Shown in pieces: positions 50,517 through 63,971 of a stretch of 64,000 nucleotides of DNA. Each line of letters opens with the position of its first letter. Within the stretch, counting starts at the first letter, position 1. Under the pieces are notes generated by a model. The model saw only the letters and a program-made list of their open reading frames with translations, was not told the DNA's origin and did no database searches. Origin of the DNA: Dimorphilus gyrociliatus (Eukaryota; Animalia; Annelida); NCBI GenBank assembly GCA_904063045.1, contig CAJFCJ010000001.1, positions 1,798,001 through 1,862,000 on the forward strand, read 5' to 3'. A program made the translations under genes and the position numbers.

Positions 50517-50954
50517 TTATTGATCACCCTCAATTATCATTTCGACCAAGCTCGAATTGGCACATTGACCTTCTTCTAATCTCTGTGGCGTTCCCCATCT
50601 TAAAAGGGTCGGGACACTTTTAAGCGCTGTACGAGGGTCTTTTCGGAAACCATTATTCTGATCCTTCCAGAAAGATCTGTCTCCAACAGAGCAATAGATA
50701 TAAACTGAACCCTCTGGAGCTTTAGTCATACACTTTTCAACTACCGGTACTGCAGTAACACAATCAGGACACCTTGAGAAACAGAAATATCATAGTGTTG
50801 CTTCGATATATATTTTTTAACATACACACCAACTTACGCCAGTAGATGGATCGGTCGCACCACTAAACAGAGCGAACACGTTCTTCTTTCCTTCATGTTC
50901 TTTCACAGCTTGTAAGAATTCATCAAGACCCTGTACTTTAACTTCAGTCGCCAT
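50517..50954 (-). CDS. TXNDC17: Thioredoxin domain-containing protein 17 (TRP14)
   Basis: Active site WCPDC is formed across a phase-2 GT-AG intron; motifs VGDRSFWKD and VPTLLRWGTPQRL. Confidence 0.93.
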
Positions 50955-52040
50955 GTCGGTGAGACTATTATCGCTTAGTTTGATTCTATCTCAGTCAAAG
51001 TGCAATCAGACGCTTCATGGTGTCCAAAATAACGAAAATTTCACAAGATGGCAGTCATTCAACAAAATAACGCCATCTGTTTTTCATACGTTACATTGTA
51101 TTTGTTTTGAAAAATTGCAAAATAATAACTTCTAAATTTATTATACAATAGCAAGGAGTCGTATATAAAATATTATTAATATGAATTAACTTATCAAGGA
51201 ATTAATCAATTGCTCTTCGGGCCATTCGCCGAGCCCTTGAAATAGTCTGTTTTTTATTAACATCTGTAGTATCCGTATTATTATTCCCAAATAATTCTTT
51301 TATGAACTTAAAGCGACTCAAAAAACATTTCCAAACAATATACCAACCTGAAGCAAAATGTTAATTATTTTTATCGAAATGTGTAACGATATTTTAGTGA
51401 CTTACCAATTCCAATAAAGGAAAATACAAGAAAAGCCGAGAGCAAAAAGGATAATACCGATATTACAAGATCTTTCATGATTTCACAGATGTATGTGGTA
51501 TAACGATTCGCAATTTCAAATTCTTTGTCTATTTCTAATCGTGTCGTCTGCTAAATTAGAATACTATTTTTATATAGTATGTTATTGTAGACTTTTACGG
51601 GGAGGGGGGGGGGAAATACGTTCAATACAATTACATCATCGTAATGATAAAAGAAAGCTTTTTAATCTTGTTTTTAAATGTAGTATAGAATTATTTGTAT
51701 GAAAAACATTTATTTAAAATTAGTTAATTTTAAAGAAAATATCGGTAAAGCAGATTTTGCGATGAAAAAAATAATCATGACGAAAATAGGATAAAGAGTT
51801 TGTTTCGCCAACTTAGGACGTTGAAAAGTATCTCAAAAGGGTTTTTAATTTGCCCGGGGGAAAAATAAATCGAAATAAACTAAAAATAACAATATTTTTT
51901 ATTTAAACCATAAAATTTTGTATACTAACGAAGTTGGTCACAAAATTTTCAAGTAACCGGAAACGGAAGCCACACTATAGGATGAAACAGAAGAATTAGA
52001 TTTTGTTAAAGAAGCCGCCTAATCGGCTACTATATGTGAA

Positions 52041-53771
52041 ATGAGTGGAGACGGTGCACTGATTATTAAAATAGAAGACGATAATAAACTTTTGGATGAA
52101 GTAGAGGAAACAGAACAGCTTAATGTTCAAGAAGTTCATATCCAGTCAGTTGCCTTTTCTAATTTTATAGTGTATTCAAGTGTTTTATTCAGTTATAAGG
52201 CTATTTAAGCTATGTATTTGTAATTTAATACCAGTATGAAAAATATTGATTGCAGATACAGAATATTTATTGTTGTTGGATGAGAGAGATCCTCTTTTCT
52301 AAACTACATTGCTGATTTTTTAAATACTTTTTAGTGTTAGACTCAGAAAAATTATTTATTCTCATTGAAAAATGTTTATTACTTTTACAAAATAAAAATT
52401 TCTCCATAAAATAACCGGCGAGTTATTTTTAGCCTTTGACTACCGGTTTTTACCTTGATAAGTCTTATCGTATTAGATATTAAAACAAGTATATTCTTTC
52501 AGATCAACTGATCTCTTCCCAAAGCAAGAGAGAACTACTTTCAGATGTCAAAGAGACAATTGTACTTACATAACAGGGAAGAAAGAATTATTAAAGAAGC
52601 ATGAGTTAATGCACGTTAGGAAATATCCTTGCATGTTCCCTGGTTGTCAGCACGCAGCTCAAACTAAAAGCAATCTCAGAAGACATGAGGCTACTCACTC
52701 AAATATCCGTCCTTATATCTGTGAGATTTGCCAACAAGCATTTCGTCAAAAAATTCATCTTCAAAGGCATACCAATTATAAACATTCAAATGAAAGAATA
52801 AAATGCGAATACTGTGATTATTTAGCTGCCAATGCTGATTCCGATCTATCAACTCATATGAAAAGGTAAGATACTTCTTTCTTTGATGATTTTAAATAAT
52901 GAAAGTGTAATTATTCAGATGTCACCCTGTGGAGGATGCGCGAAAAAAAGGATTAGAACCTCCGGAGTTACAATGCCCTCAATGCTATTCAACGTTTACT
53001 TCCAAAAAAGATCTTCAAAATCATGCAAAATTTCATAGAACACAAGGACCGGAATTGAAATTCTCATGCCCCCATTGTTCATTTGTTACGGATGCATCTA
53101 GTAGACTGCAACGTCATCTGGTTATTCATACTGGCGAAAAGAGATTCGGTTGTTCTCTATGTGAATATAAGGTACTGTTGATATTAGAGAATGAAAGAAC
53201 TCTTTATATATCTTTATCGATCTTAAGGTTAATATGAAAGGTTAAGTCATTTTTGTTTTTTTACCAGGCAAATCAGAAAGAACACGTTCTCAGGCATATG
53301 TGCGTTGTTCATAATGTAGAAAAAGCTACAAAAAAAAAGAGGAACGATGAACCAAGAAAAAAATATCCTCCAAGTTGCACTGCTAGTTTGAACAAAGTTC
53401 TTGCTTGTAATAGGTGTGACATGACATTCGCCAGAACGTTATCATTATATAGACATGTAAAAGAGCAACACGACATGTCAATGGTAGATGCATGTGGTGC
53501 TCATACCTGTGTTGCCTGCGATTATTCGGCTCCAACGTATAAAGCATTAGTCAGCCATATGAGAAAGCACAACGATCCACCTCCTCAGGAAAGTGAAGTG
53601 ACTAATGTAGAATTGAACATGAGTGAATTAGCTGATGACGTTGATGAAGTAGTCGTTGATGGAAATAGTCTCTACCGGGAAAGTGAGGATGGAAGGGTTA
53701 TGTTTATTAAAACTGGCGATGGAGATGAAGATATTTCGAGTAGTGTACAAGTTTTTATGACAGTCAAATAA
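52041..53771 (+). CDS. Multi-C2H2 zinc finger transcription factor
   Basis: Tandem C2H2 fingers (CMFPGC...HEATH, CEICQ...HTNYKH, CPHCSF...HLVIHTGEKRFGCSLC) with acidic N- and C-terminal parts. The last exon boundary is uncertain. Confidence 0.85.
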
Positions 53772-54575
53772 TATATTTCCCTCTCTCTTCTTCTCCTTCT
53801 CCTTCTTCATCTTCTGCTCTTCTTAATCATCAAGAAATTATTCACTTTATAAGGGTACGAAAAGAACGACTAGAAATTTTCAGCATAAGAAATAAATATT
53901 TATTATTGAAATCAATTAAGCTGCTTATCCTCCAACATCGTGAAGCATGCTTATCGATTTTTTTTTTGTATTTGATTTGTTATTTTTTCTCGTTATTCAA
54001 TTAACTGAAACCTGTATGTGCATAAGAAGATATACATATACATATCGCAATTGCATGTACTGTGAGTTATAGAGTATATAATATATACATCTACATTCTA
54101 TATCAAGTGTCAATTCGCTACTAAACAACGTCTTGAGTTGAATAGGAGTTGGATAATCTTTGTTACCTCTGAATTTATCACTTCAGAGAATACAGAAAAA
54201 ATTACCATCTTTTTTAACACTGTGAATGATATTTAATGCCTCACCATTATTATAAATATAATCCGATTGATCTTAGGTAGACGTAGAATGTTTAAATAAC
54301 ATTACATATACAATATAAAAGAGCTAATCGTCCAAATGTTTACAAAAATGATTGAAGAAAAGATCTTATTCATATTTTTCTTACTTTTTTTTATTGTAAA
54401 GCTTAAAGGATTAATTCAATTATTCAGTAGCCAAGATATATAGAGAAGAGAAGGATATCGGAGAGAAAATACTAAATATAAAAGTATAGATATAAATATC
54501 AAAAACACAAGAAATAAGATAACAACTCATTTGAATTGTTATTCTAGCACCAAATTATTTATAAGTTGAATATCA

Positions 54576-57500
54576 TCAAGCGTTTACGGCGACTATTGGA
54601 GGTAGTTTAACAATATCTGATTCTTTATTTTCAATAAATTCATCATTTTCCTCCTTATTTTCGTTATTGTTTCCATAATCGTCACCCATAACTGTTCTCT
54701 CCAATATTTCGTCAAGTTCTTTTTCTTCTTTTTCCCTTTTCTTCTTCTTTTCCTATTTTATTATTATTAATAATAATATTGTTAATAAAGCGGAAGTGAC
54801 TTTGCAAATAGTTCAATAAAGAATAATTTATTAATAAATACCATAACGTGGGCCGCATGATCTGGTGGCATAAACAATCCTACATATTGGTCAAATTCAC
54901 ATTCTATGAGAGCTTCCACTAATTCGTTTAGTTTTCCACCATCTTCGTCTCTCCAGCTCTATGTAAAATAACCGTATAGGTTAGATTCTGATATATTCAT
55001 ACTATCTATGAACATTACCTTAAGCATAGTTAGAGTTTGTCGTTCAACGCTTAAGGGGATATCCATCTCAATCATATCCATTCTATTGTGAGTCACTCCC
55101 AATTGTTCTCCGACATATCTCCATTTATCTGTTATCTTGAAAGATAAATATTCTAATTTCTCATCACTCAAAGACGCTGCCAGACGCTGCTTTTTCCTTC
55201 TTTGCTTTTTCTTTCTTAATTGAAGAGCAGGTAAACCTTCGAGAGCTTTCATCTGCAATAAAAAAGTAAACATCTTATAGATTTCGTCGGGTAAATTACA
55301 AAATTGTACTTGATTTGAATCAATTTCCCTTTCCTCAGCCATTGCCCTTAAAAGTCTTGCCTCTTGGATTAATGCTCTTACAATTCTTCTACACTCCTCA
55401 ACGGAAACTGTTGCATTCATATTCTTTGCTTGGTAATTAACCATTGTTCTTATTTGGTGTTTTAAGCGTTTATGAAGTTGCTCTCTCCTATGGATATCGT
55501 TCATTTTCTGCCTAATTCTGGCTTTTAATCTCTCAGCTTCCTCCATATGCGCAGCTCTCAAAATTTCCATTTTCCTCTCCATCTCCTGAATTTGAAGCAT
55601 ATTACGATATTGACAATCTCTCAGCTCTTTCTTATGGGATTTTCTCATAGTTTCCGAAAGCTTTTTAATCCTACTCGATATTGGTTCGTGAATAGCTTCT
55701 TCCGGACCGAGAGGAGCAGAAGATTCCATCTCTCCAGCTTGTTTCCTTCTAGCAGCTGTATCTGATTCTATTTCTCGAATATTTAATTCTAGCGTTTTTT
55801 TCTCCCTTCTTAGTTCTTGTAGTGTTTTCTTTGGAGAATTAAGAACACTCGACATTCTCGTAGAAGTGCTCCGCTTTCTACCTCCAGCACTACTCCTGGC
55901 GCTTCCGGGATCTCTTGGTGCTATGGCTACTATTTCATTCAAGACTAATAAGAATAGATATTCGTTAGATTATTATCAGTTAAGGACAATAAAAAACTAA
56001 CTTTTCTCCTCGCATACTATCTTATCAAATTGTTGTTGCATTAGTTGAAGTTTAGTATCATTCATTCGTATATAAGATCTTAATATCCTGAGAGAGTAAT
56101 GTTCTTTGACACAATCTAAGGGAGCGGAAACTCTAGATGGAGGTCTTTCTAAATTATAATCCTTTCCTTCCTTTAATACCATAATAAGACCTTCCTCTAA
56201 TTCTTCCTTGGCAGTTCTTAACAACCTGATTTCTCGTTCTCTACAATCTGCTTCATTTTCTAAGACTTCTATTCTTTTTAAGAGTTTACTAACTCTGAGT
56301 TCCGCTTCCTCTAATCTTCTTCGAGCTTCCTCAACAAATTTCTTTTGGCCTTCAATAATAGCTTGCAATTCGCGAATTTTTCTTCTTAAATCCTCCATTT
56401 CCCTTTCTAAAATCTTAACTCTTTCATCTCTCTTCATAGCTTCTAGCGCAATTTTTCCTGTATAGAAAGTTGATCTAGTTGGAAATGATGTCAGTATAAA
56501 GGGAAAAAAATGCATAAAAAAAGATTTTTCTTCAATTACAACCTTCAATATAGCTTTGAAGGAGATGCTTCCCTTCCTCTCCCAATTTTAGGCCTATGTG
56601 TGGATATATTCTCAAAAATTCAGATAAGTCGAGAAAATACGTAAAAGTTGGTGGTAACATTTCACCAAATTTTGTTTGCTTTTCAGTTTTAATAATTTCC
56701 CTGGCAACTTTTATATGATCCGATCTAAACAGTGCTTTAATAAACTTTGAATAAATATCAGTACCATGCATCCCTAGCCTTGTAATGAGTAGTAACACTT
56801 TTTCAGCGTTATAGGCCTTAGACTAAAAGAAAGAATATATATGATTTTAATTGCGAAACAAATATAACATCAATTGATTACATGTGTAACAGTAAAATAC
56901 GTCAAAGGAATAGGCTTACATCTAAAAACTATATACATAAATAAACTAAAAGATTTTTTAAGATTTTAAGAAGTAAGATAAGATATGAAGTCTCTCTTTA
57001 CAAAAGAATCTTAATATTATTAATATTAATTGGATTATAAAGTATAAATATATCTATATATTGCCCCTAAAACATATATTTATTACATACTTCTACAATA
57101 TTTTATATTTAACTATAAACAATCAAAATGATTTTAAAGATTCAATGCAAATAATATCTTTTTGAACAAACACTTAAGTTTCTATAAAAATTGAGTACAT
57201 TTTTTATTATTTAAATCTTAAAGATTCTTTAGTTTTTTCTTATAGGCGAAAGGATAGGTTTTATAAGGAAATTGTTGTACAGACACAGAGAAAGTAAACG
57301 AATTGAAAGTGATTGAAAAAAGAATGAATATGAATTCATTTCTTTTGTTTTTGTTTGTTTTCAGCTATACTCTTTACTTGAATATTTTTGGCGGGAAAAA
57401 TTTATTATTATTTATAATTATACGAGTATAATTATTTTATTATCATTCATATATCTACTATTCGTCACTAGAGATAGACATCTTAATCCTTAATAATCAA

Positions 57501-57892
57501 TTTTAAAGTATAAAAGAGGTAATAACTACAGTTATTTTAAATAAAAAAATTTTTCGATTATATTTTTTTTTTAATAAAAAATAGATAACCTAATTTTAAT
57601 TTTTGTATTTGTATCATACCTGAATGTCAGTCATTGTCTGTAATGTACAAACGTCTAAGTCAACTAATTCATGACATAGTTTTGTTGTAAATGCAACGTT
57701 ATTTAGTAAAAAATCTGTCCTCTTCCATATGATTAATTGTTGTTTAAGATCCATAGAATTTGGAACTTTTGAAGCAAAATCTTCATCGTGCCAACACAAG
57801 TCTTTCGGAACTTCTGTCTCCAATTCTTTACTCTTTACCAATTTATTACCCTTCTGTCTTATTTCCGCTAATTTAGTTGGTAAACGCGACAT
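54576..57892 (-). CDS. CARD - coiled coil - Death domain adaptor-like protein. Exons 57892-57620, 56822-56543, 56457-56002, 55944-55019, 54958-54842, 54752-54576; about 742 aa.
   Basis: All five introns are GT-AG and phase-consistent. It has a CARD-like segment (IWKRTDFLL...CHELVDLDVCT...AEKVLLLITRLGMHG...YSKFIKAL...HIKVA), a long heptad-rich region and a Death-domain-like segment (LSDEKLEYLSFKITDKWRYVGEQLGV...LKSWR...NELVEAL). Confidence 0.75.
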
Positions 57893-58165
57893 ATTCAGAG
57901 CAAATAATTGTGTATCGTATAAGAACTAGCTTAGCTAACTAAACTGACGATATATTCTGCGATAGCAAATATCGGGGAATGTGAAACCATACCAATTTGC
58001 TGTCAAGGGACATTTGTACTTAACTCTAAAGAATGTTTAACTAAATTTAAAGTAATCTATAAATATTGTTAACATTTAACACTGCATTTTTTCCTAAGAG
58101 ATTTATGGCGATATTTTTTTCTTTTTAGCTATTCACATTATCTTTTCAGCCATGATTTAGAATAT

Positions 58166-58192
58166 GAAGAAGAAGAAGAAGAAGAAGAAGAA
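58166..58192. repeat. (GAA)9 trinucleotide microsatellite
   Basis: Nine perfect GAA units followed by GAC. Confidence 0.9.
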
Positions 58193-59242
58193 GACAAAAA
58201 AAGAGAAAACCTATTATGTAAGGTAACCTTTTAGTGTATTTTGAAGTTTATAACTTATGTATTATTCTCATTAATTTTAATAATAAAACTTAATAATTAA
58301 CGAAAAGAGTTAATATAAAATTCTCAATTGTAATGTCATTCATACTTTCATAACTTTACATTCATGAAAATTTTATCAATTCTTTCTTATTTTTCATTTG
58401 TAAAGCTCATATGATTATTTATTTGTCTTTAAATGCTATACATCTAAATAATAGTTGCATTAATCCTGTAAATAACATCAAACCCATTGTACATGAGCTA
58501 CAAAACTTTCTATAGGAATCTTAAATTAAAAGTTTTTTCTATATTAATAAAAGGTTGAATACTATTTATAAAAGAGCTATTTTTTCTAAGCTATACTCCA
58601 ATAGTTGCTATTCTAAGTTTAGGAGTATTATTTATTGACAACATTTAATCTGTTTATTAGAATTTGTGAAAACTCCCACGCTATATCCGCAGTACTCAGC
58701 AGAAATACTATTTCATTAACACATTTTTTCTGAATCAAAAAGATAAAAGTTATTAAAAATAAATTTTTTGTTGATATAAATTCATATATACTGCAAAATA
58801 TACAACAAAGTCATATTTCACAATTTCAATGATTTTTTCCCCATTACAGTTGTTGTCAAATAAAAAAAAAACACTTCTTCCTATCTTCTTTTAAGCTGTT
58901 GAACACTAGAAAGTAAAATTTTAACTGTTGATTTCTTTTTTGAACAGGAAATAGAAGAAAAAAAATGTAATACATAAAAAAAAAAACTTATAAGTGTTAT
59001 TTAAACATGCGACTCTTTTTCTTTACTCTGAAAGATTCAGTTTTATAGTAGTGCATGCTAACTATTACAAATTGAGCAAAATCAAAAGCCAAAAAATTGA
59101 TTCGATTGATAATTTTCAGAAAAAAAGAATGAAAAAAAAAACCTAGAGATTTGTTTTGGAGAATATTTTCCTATTTATAGCATCAATTCTGTGTAAAAAA
59201 AAATTCTACAGTATTTGTTTCTGTTAATTTGAAATTCCATGA

Positions 59243-61411
59243 CTATCTGAGTATATTCTGCTAAAAAATGAAAAATTAAGTTAATTACTTAATTAGCCAA
59301 TTTGATAAAAAACAGATAAAGACCTCGTTAAGAGATGTAATATTTTTGTATACTGCCAGAGATCTTTGCAGTTCTTCGAAATGACTATTTATTTTTGAAC
59401 TACTCTTCTTGTCTAGATCTATTACACTTATAGAACATTCATAGGCGCCGAAATCCGTTTCAATACGTCTATCGGCCTTATCATTGCTCTCTTGAAGGGC
59501 AATCATTATAGAACAATCATTAGCAACAGATGATATGAGATAGTTATCGATTTTCTGGTTGTAGTCCTTGTCCTCAGATTTATAAATATTGTATATCTCT
59601 TCCACATTTTGTACTTTATCAACATTTTGAAGTTTAAGTATACCATCTAAAACACAACCTTCCGGAAGGTAACCTTTATCTACATAAAAAGGAATTGTGA
59701 AAGTCTTGTTAATAAGTGTGCATTATTTAAAAATACTCTCATTTACCGTAAGCTCCCCACGAAGTAATTGATAAATCATCATGATAGTTATCAGGTTTAC
59801 GCTGAATCGCCCGGCATACTGGAGGACCTTCCACAGACTTTCCGTCAGTTTTTGTCCACAATAAAGTTTTGGTTAATACATGAAAAAATTTAGTTAGGAT
59901 AGATTCGTTGGAAACCCCATTTTCCGCTTTTAAGAATTTTTTAAGACTATGAATTAAGTATTCCAATTCTTTAATTTCTTCACTCCAAATAATCCTTCCA
60001 TCCAAAAATACTCTAAAGTTGTTTTGAGGAGTAAAAAATAGAGATAAAAGTGCCAGATGCATTCTGTCCTTATTACCAGAGAAGAGATCAAGAGGGCAGT
60101 AGTTACTTATTGTTTTCCTAGTACAGTTTATTGAAAAAATTAAATCTCATCTATAAAACAATGCAATTATCCAACTAGAATGGATTTAATTATAAAAATT
60201 CATGGATATTTGTAATAACTATAGAGAAAATTTGAGTTGGCAAGGTACAGACAATAGATTTTTTTGTTGGGTGCATCTCGTAGGCACAATTAAAAAAAAA
60301 TATTAGAAATATTTAGTGCAATATTTGTTCATATATCACAAGATTTCATCTTTTACAATAATCATCCTTTAAGGAAGAATTTTCAATGAAATTCTCTTTA
60401 AAGAGCCTTTGGTATAAATTGAATCTAAGAGGAGTAAAAAGAAATACTAAATAAAGACGTAAATTCTATAGATATAGGTTTTAAAGGATTCCTAGATTGC
60501 AACGCAAATGACCTGTTCTTTTTAAGTAAGTTATTGATGAAAAAAATTGTTCTCTTTCATTTAAGAAACTCTTATTCGTCTTTCTCTCTTTCATATACTT
60601 TTTATAATAAAAAAAAAGATTTAAGAATAACTTTTCAATAAACTGCACCATTTGCCTATTTTTAATTTGTAATGCTGGGCCATGCAAAACTTGCAAACAC
60701 CTTTCAAAGAGCTATTATTCCAATTCGGTAAGAGTCCACTTTTGGGTTTTATTTCTACTGAAAACGTAGGAAGATCTTTGGTATTCGGTATAAAACATAA
60801 ATCTGGCATTTCAATAGCAAAATGACAGTCGAAATCTATTTCCTTCTCTAGCCTAAAAGTAGATCTATACTTTCTCACTGAACTATTTAAGTTTCTCAAA
60901 TATATTTCATCGTGCTCTGTGATATGTCCCAAATGCACGAATTCATCGCCAATTAATGGAATAATAACTCTTTTTATAAAGTTCATCTTATCAAGAATAC
61001 TTTCCTTAGTCTATTTATAAAAAAAAAAGTTCATTTACAAAAAGATAGATAAAAGAAATGTTTGGTTTTAAAAGACTTCTCTATTACCATCCTTGTGGAT
61101 TTTGTCGATTCACTTGTATTAACTTTTTGTTTTCGTTTTTGAAAAATTTGTACAACTTTCCGCTGTTGAAGACAATGGCTATTAGCCGATTTTTATAATT
61201 AATATTTCAAAAGTCGAAGAGAGGAACTCATCGAAAATTGGTGAATACTTCAAAGTTCTATATTTATTACTAGTCGAAGAAACATGATAATGTTAAAAAT
61301 ATATAATTTATTTACCTGTCTATTGTAAACTACTAGTCTTTGATTTCCTTCTTGTCTATAACACCATTCTTCGTCGTGACTCGAGTCTCTTCGTAGCTGA
61401 GATGAAGCCAT
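59243..61411 (-). CDS. IPPK: Inositol-pentakisphosphate 2-kinase (IPK1)
   Basis: Motifs WCYRQEGNQRLV, VEIKPKSG, CKFCMAQH, YCPLDLFSG, PQNNFR, NDCSIMI and VIDLDKK. The last small exon QNILR* is tentative. Confidence 0.9.
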
Positions 61412-63231
61412 GTTTCCAACTGAAAGAAAATAAACCTTGCAGTATTTTTAAAACTTATAGTACCGAGAATTAAATGCAACTTAACCTATTTTATCCTAAT
61501 TCCTGTAACAGTAACCACTTATGAAAGTGTTTATAACTGGTTAATACATAAAAAACACTTAAAAGAATTAGGTAAAGGAGGAATTATTTAAATTTTTAAA
61601 GACTAGTTATACTGTATATCAATATAGATACATATAACTCGACGGCATTTTAATCCAAAGTGTTCCATTATATCATACGGAATATACAAATCGATTAGTT
61701 TATCATGCTAATAATAAATTGCCTACATTAAGATGAATATTATAGAATAATCAAAATGACCTTTTTCTCTTTTTTTTATATATGTTATAAATAGTCATAA
61801 AGATTTCTATATGCATATTTAATGTACAGTATTTCCTATAATAAAATTGTATGATAAGATCTCTTACATCTGAAATGAAACTATTGGAAAATTACATAAT
61901 TCAATATATAAACTAGAACTTTGATGTTGTAATTTTTAGCACAAAATATCTTATAAGATATTGTTTCAATTAAGAAAGAAGAACAAAACTTACTTTTCTT
62001 GTTATTCAAAAATAAACTATCGTTCCCTTGGTTACATATATTTCGGTACCGACTATACCTGTTCTATCATTAATCCCGCAAGTGATTACAGAGCGCTTGA
62101 TATATTTATATATTTATATATATAGTACAGTACATGTGACAAGCTCATCATTTTTCATATCGTAAAAATATGTAAATATTAGTTCACCTTCTCTTATTTG
62201 ATGACCATCCTTAATATTGGTTAAGAAGGTTGATAACCTTATAGGCTAACCATTGAAATGAATAGTAAGATATCTCTCCTTCACTATCTTTATTATTTTA
62301 ATGCAATTTTCTAATAAAATGCTACTTTTTATAATAATTCAATAGTTTTGTAAGCCTCCTTTACGAGTTTCAAGTTCTTTAACCTCTTTCGTTCATTTTA
62401 TAGTTAAATACACGTAATTCTTTAACGAAAACACGTAAATATCATAAAGTACTCGCCTGATTTCGTTTATTGTTCAAAGAGAGAATATCTTAGGTAAGTT
62501 GACAGAAAAGAGATGCATTTGCAAATGAAATCTGGTCTCTATCTCATTAAGATAATTATTATTTTCTATAATAAAACCAACGAGTTTCAACTCGTAAGAT
62601 TTATCTGACTCTGTCCTTCAATAGAACAGTAATTCTCCTTTAAAAGAAAACCTAATGAGCCCTATTAATCATTGTTCATAGCTGATGGCAAAGTCTTAAA
62701 AGTAGTTGAAAACAGCGATATTAAAAATTGAGAATACCATAAAACTTTTGTTACTGTCCTTCACAGACGCCTCATTTGTATAAATGTTTTTGACAGTTTA
62801 GTACACTGCTAGAACTTTATTAGTCATCAAAGCAAAACATTTTTAAAATCAATACATTGCTGTCTATGTAGCAAGATCTGTAGAACAACTTAGAAGGTTT
62901 CTTTCATTCTGTTTACTTGACAAAATAATTATTCGAAAAAATAAAATGCAAAAAAACCAATTAGTAAGAAAATGACTAGCTCCAAATGATATACAATGTG
63001 TACAATCACAGCAATTATACATCTTACTGATTATATTTACACGCTTTTGACACACTGTGCAAGATATATCTCAGAGACAAATGCATAGGGGGAGACGGGA
63101 AAACAAATTATTAATAAAAGGCCATAAAATAAGGAAAAATCGATCTTTGCACGGCTTTTACGTATAGATGATAAAAATTTAAACACTGCCTTATCCGATT
63201 AAGAAAAAACGTTTTTGCATAAAATTTTCAT

Positions 63232-63971
63232 TTAGAGACTATTATCTCCGAACTCTTCACTCCACTTTTGAAGTTTAGCTATATTACCTTGAGGCACGGA
63301 TTTCCGGACTCTCTGTAATGAGTCAACAAAATCATTCAAATTAACTTTTCTAACTGATGTCTCATCAACATCTTTTACAATACTTGGATCTAATTCTCTT
63401 ATAGGTCCAAGTGCAGCATCTTTGGCCAATTCTGTCAAGTCACTTGCGGAATAGCCCTCAGTCAAAGAAGATATTTGTTTTATCTCACGCTGACTAAGGG
63501 GACTTCCGTGCTGTTCAAGCAATCTATTTAGCAGTTTGACTCGAGTATTCTGATCAGGCATTCCGACATAAACTCTTTTTGGAAAACGTCTTAAAGCAGC
63601 TTCATCCAACTCATACGGTCGATTTGTTGCAGCCATAACTACAACTCTTTCGCTCGTTCCCGATACGCCGTCAAACTCAAGTAGAAATTGAGTTTTCAGA
63701 CGTCTCATAGCATCATGTTCATTATCCGACCTTTGAGAAAGCACTGAATCAACCTCATCTATAAATATGACTGCTGGTTGTAGTTCTTTAGCACATGCAA
63801 ACAACGCTCTGACAAGTTTTTCTCCTTCACCCACAAATTTAGATGTAATACTAGCAGCGCTTATATTGAAAAACGTTGATTTTGACTCATGAGCAACGGC
63901 TTTTGCGAGTAGAGTTTTGCCATTGCCTGGAGGACCAAAAAGAAGTAGTCCTCTCGCTGGAGTCCGTAGTC
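63232..63971 (-). CDS. SPAST: Spastin AAA ATPase, final exon; the gene continues beyond the window
   Basis: Motifs [59 protein letters not shown] and [16 protein letters not shown]; acceptor AG at 63973-63972. Confidence 0.9.

Noticed and set aside
54900-54960. Suspected frameshift in the Death-domain exon
   Set aside because: Re-reading gives GGA AAA CTA AAC GAA TTA in one continuous frame.
39576-61411. Inositol-phosphate gene cluster (INPP5K and IPPK)
   Set aside because: The two genes are about 18 kb apart with unrelated genes between them and act on different substrates; chance co-location is sufficient.
930-63055. Many short ORFs in the track (e.g. 930-1127, 5533-5715, 14638-14859, 43034-43342, 46170-47051, 56208-56465, 60481-60696, 62864-63055)
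   Set aside because: They are antisense or off-frame shadows of real exons, or AT-rich intron read-through, with no motifs of their own.
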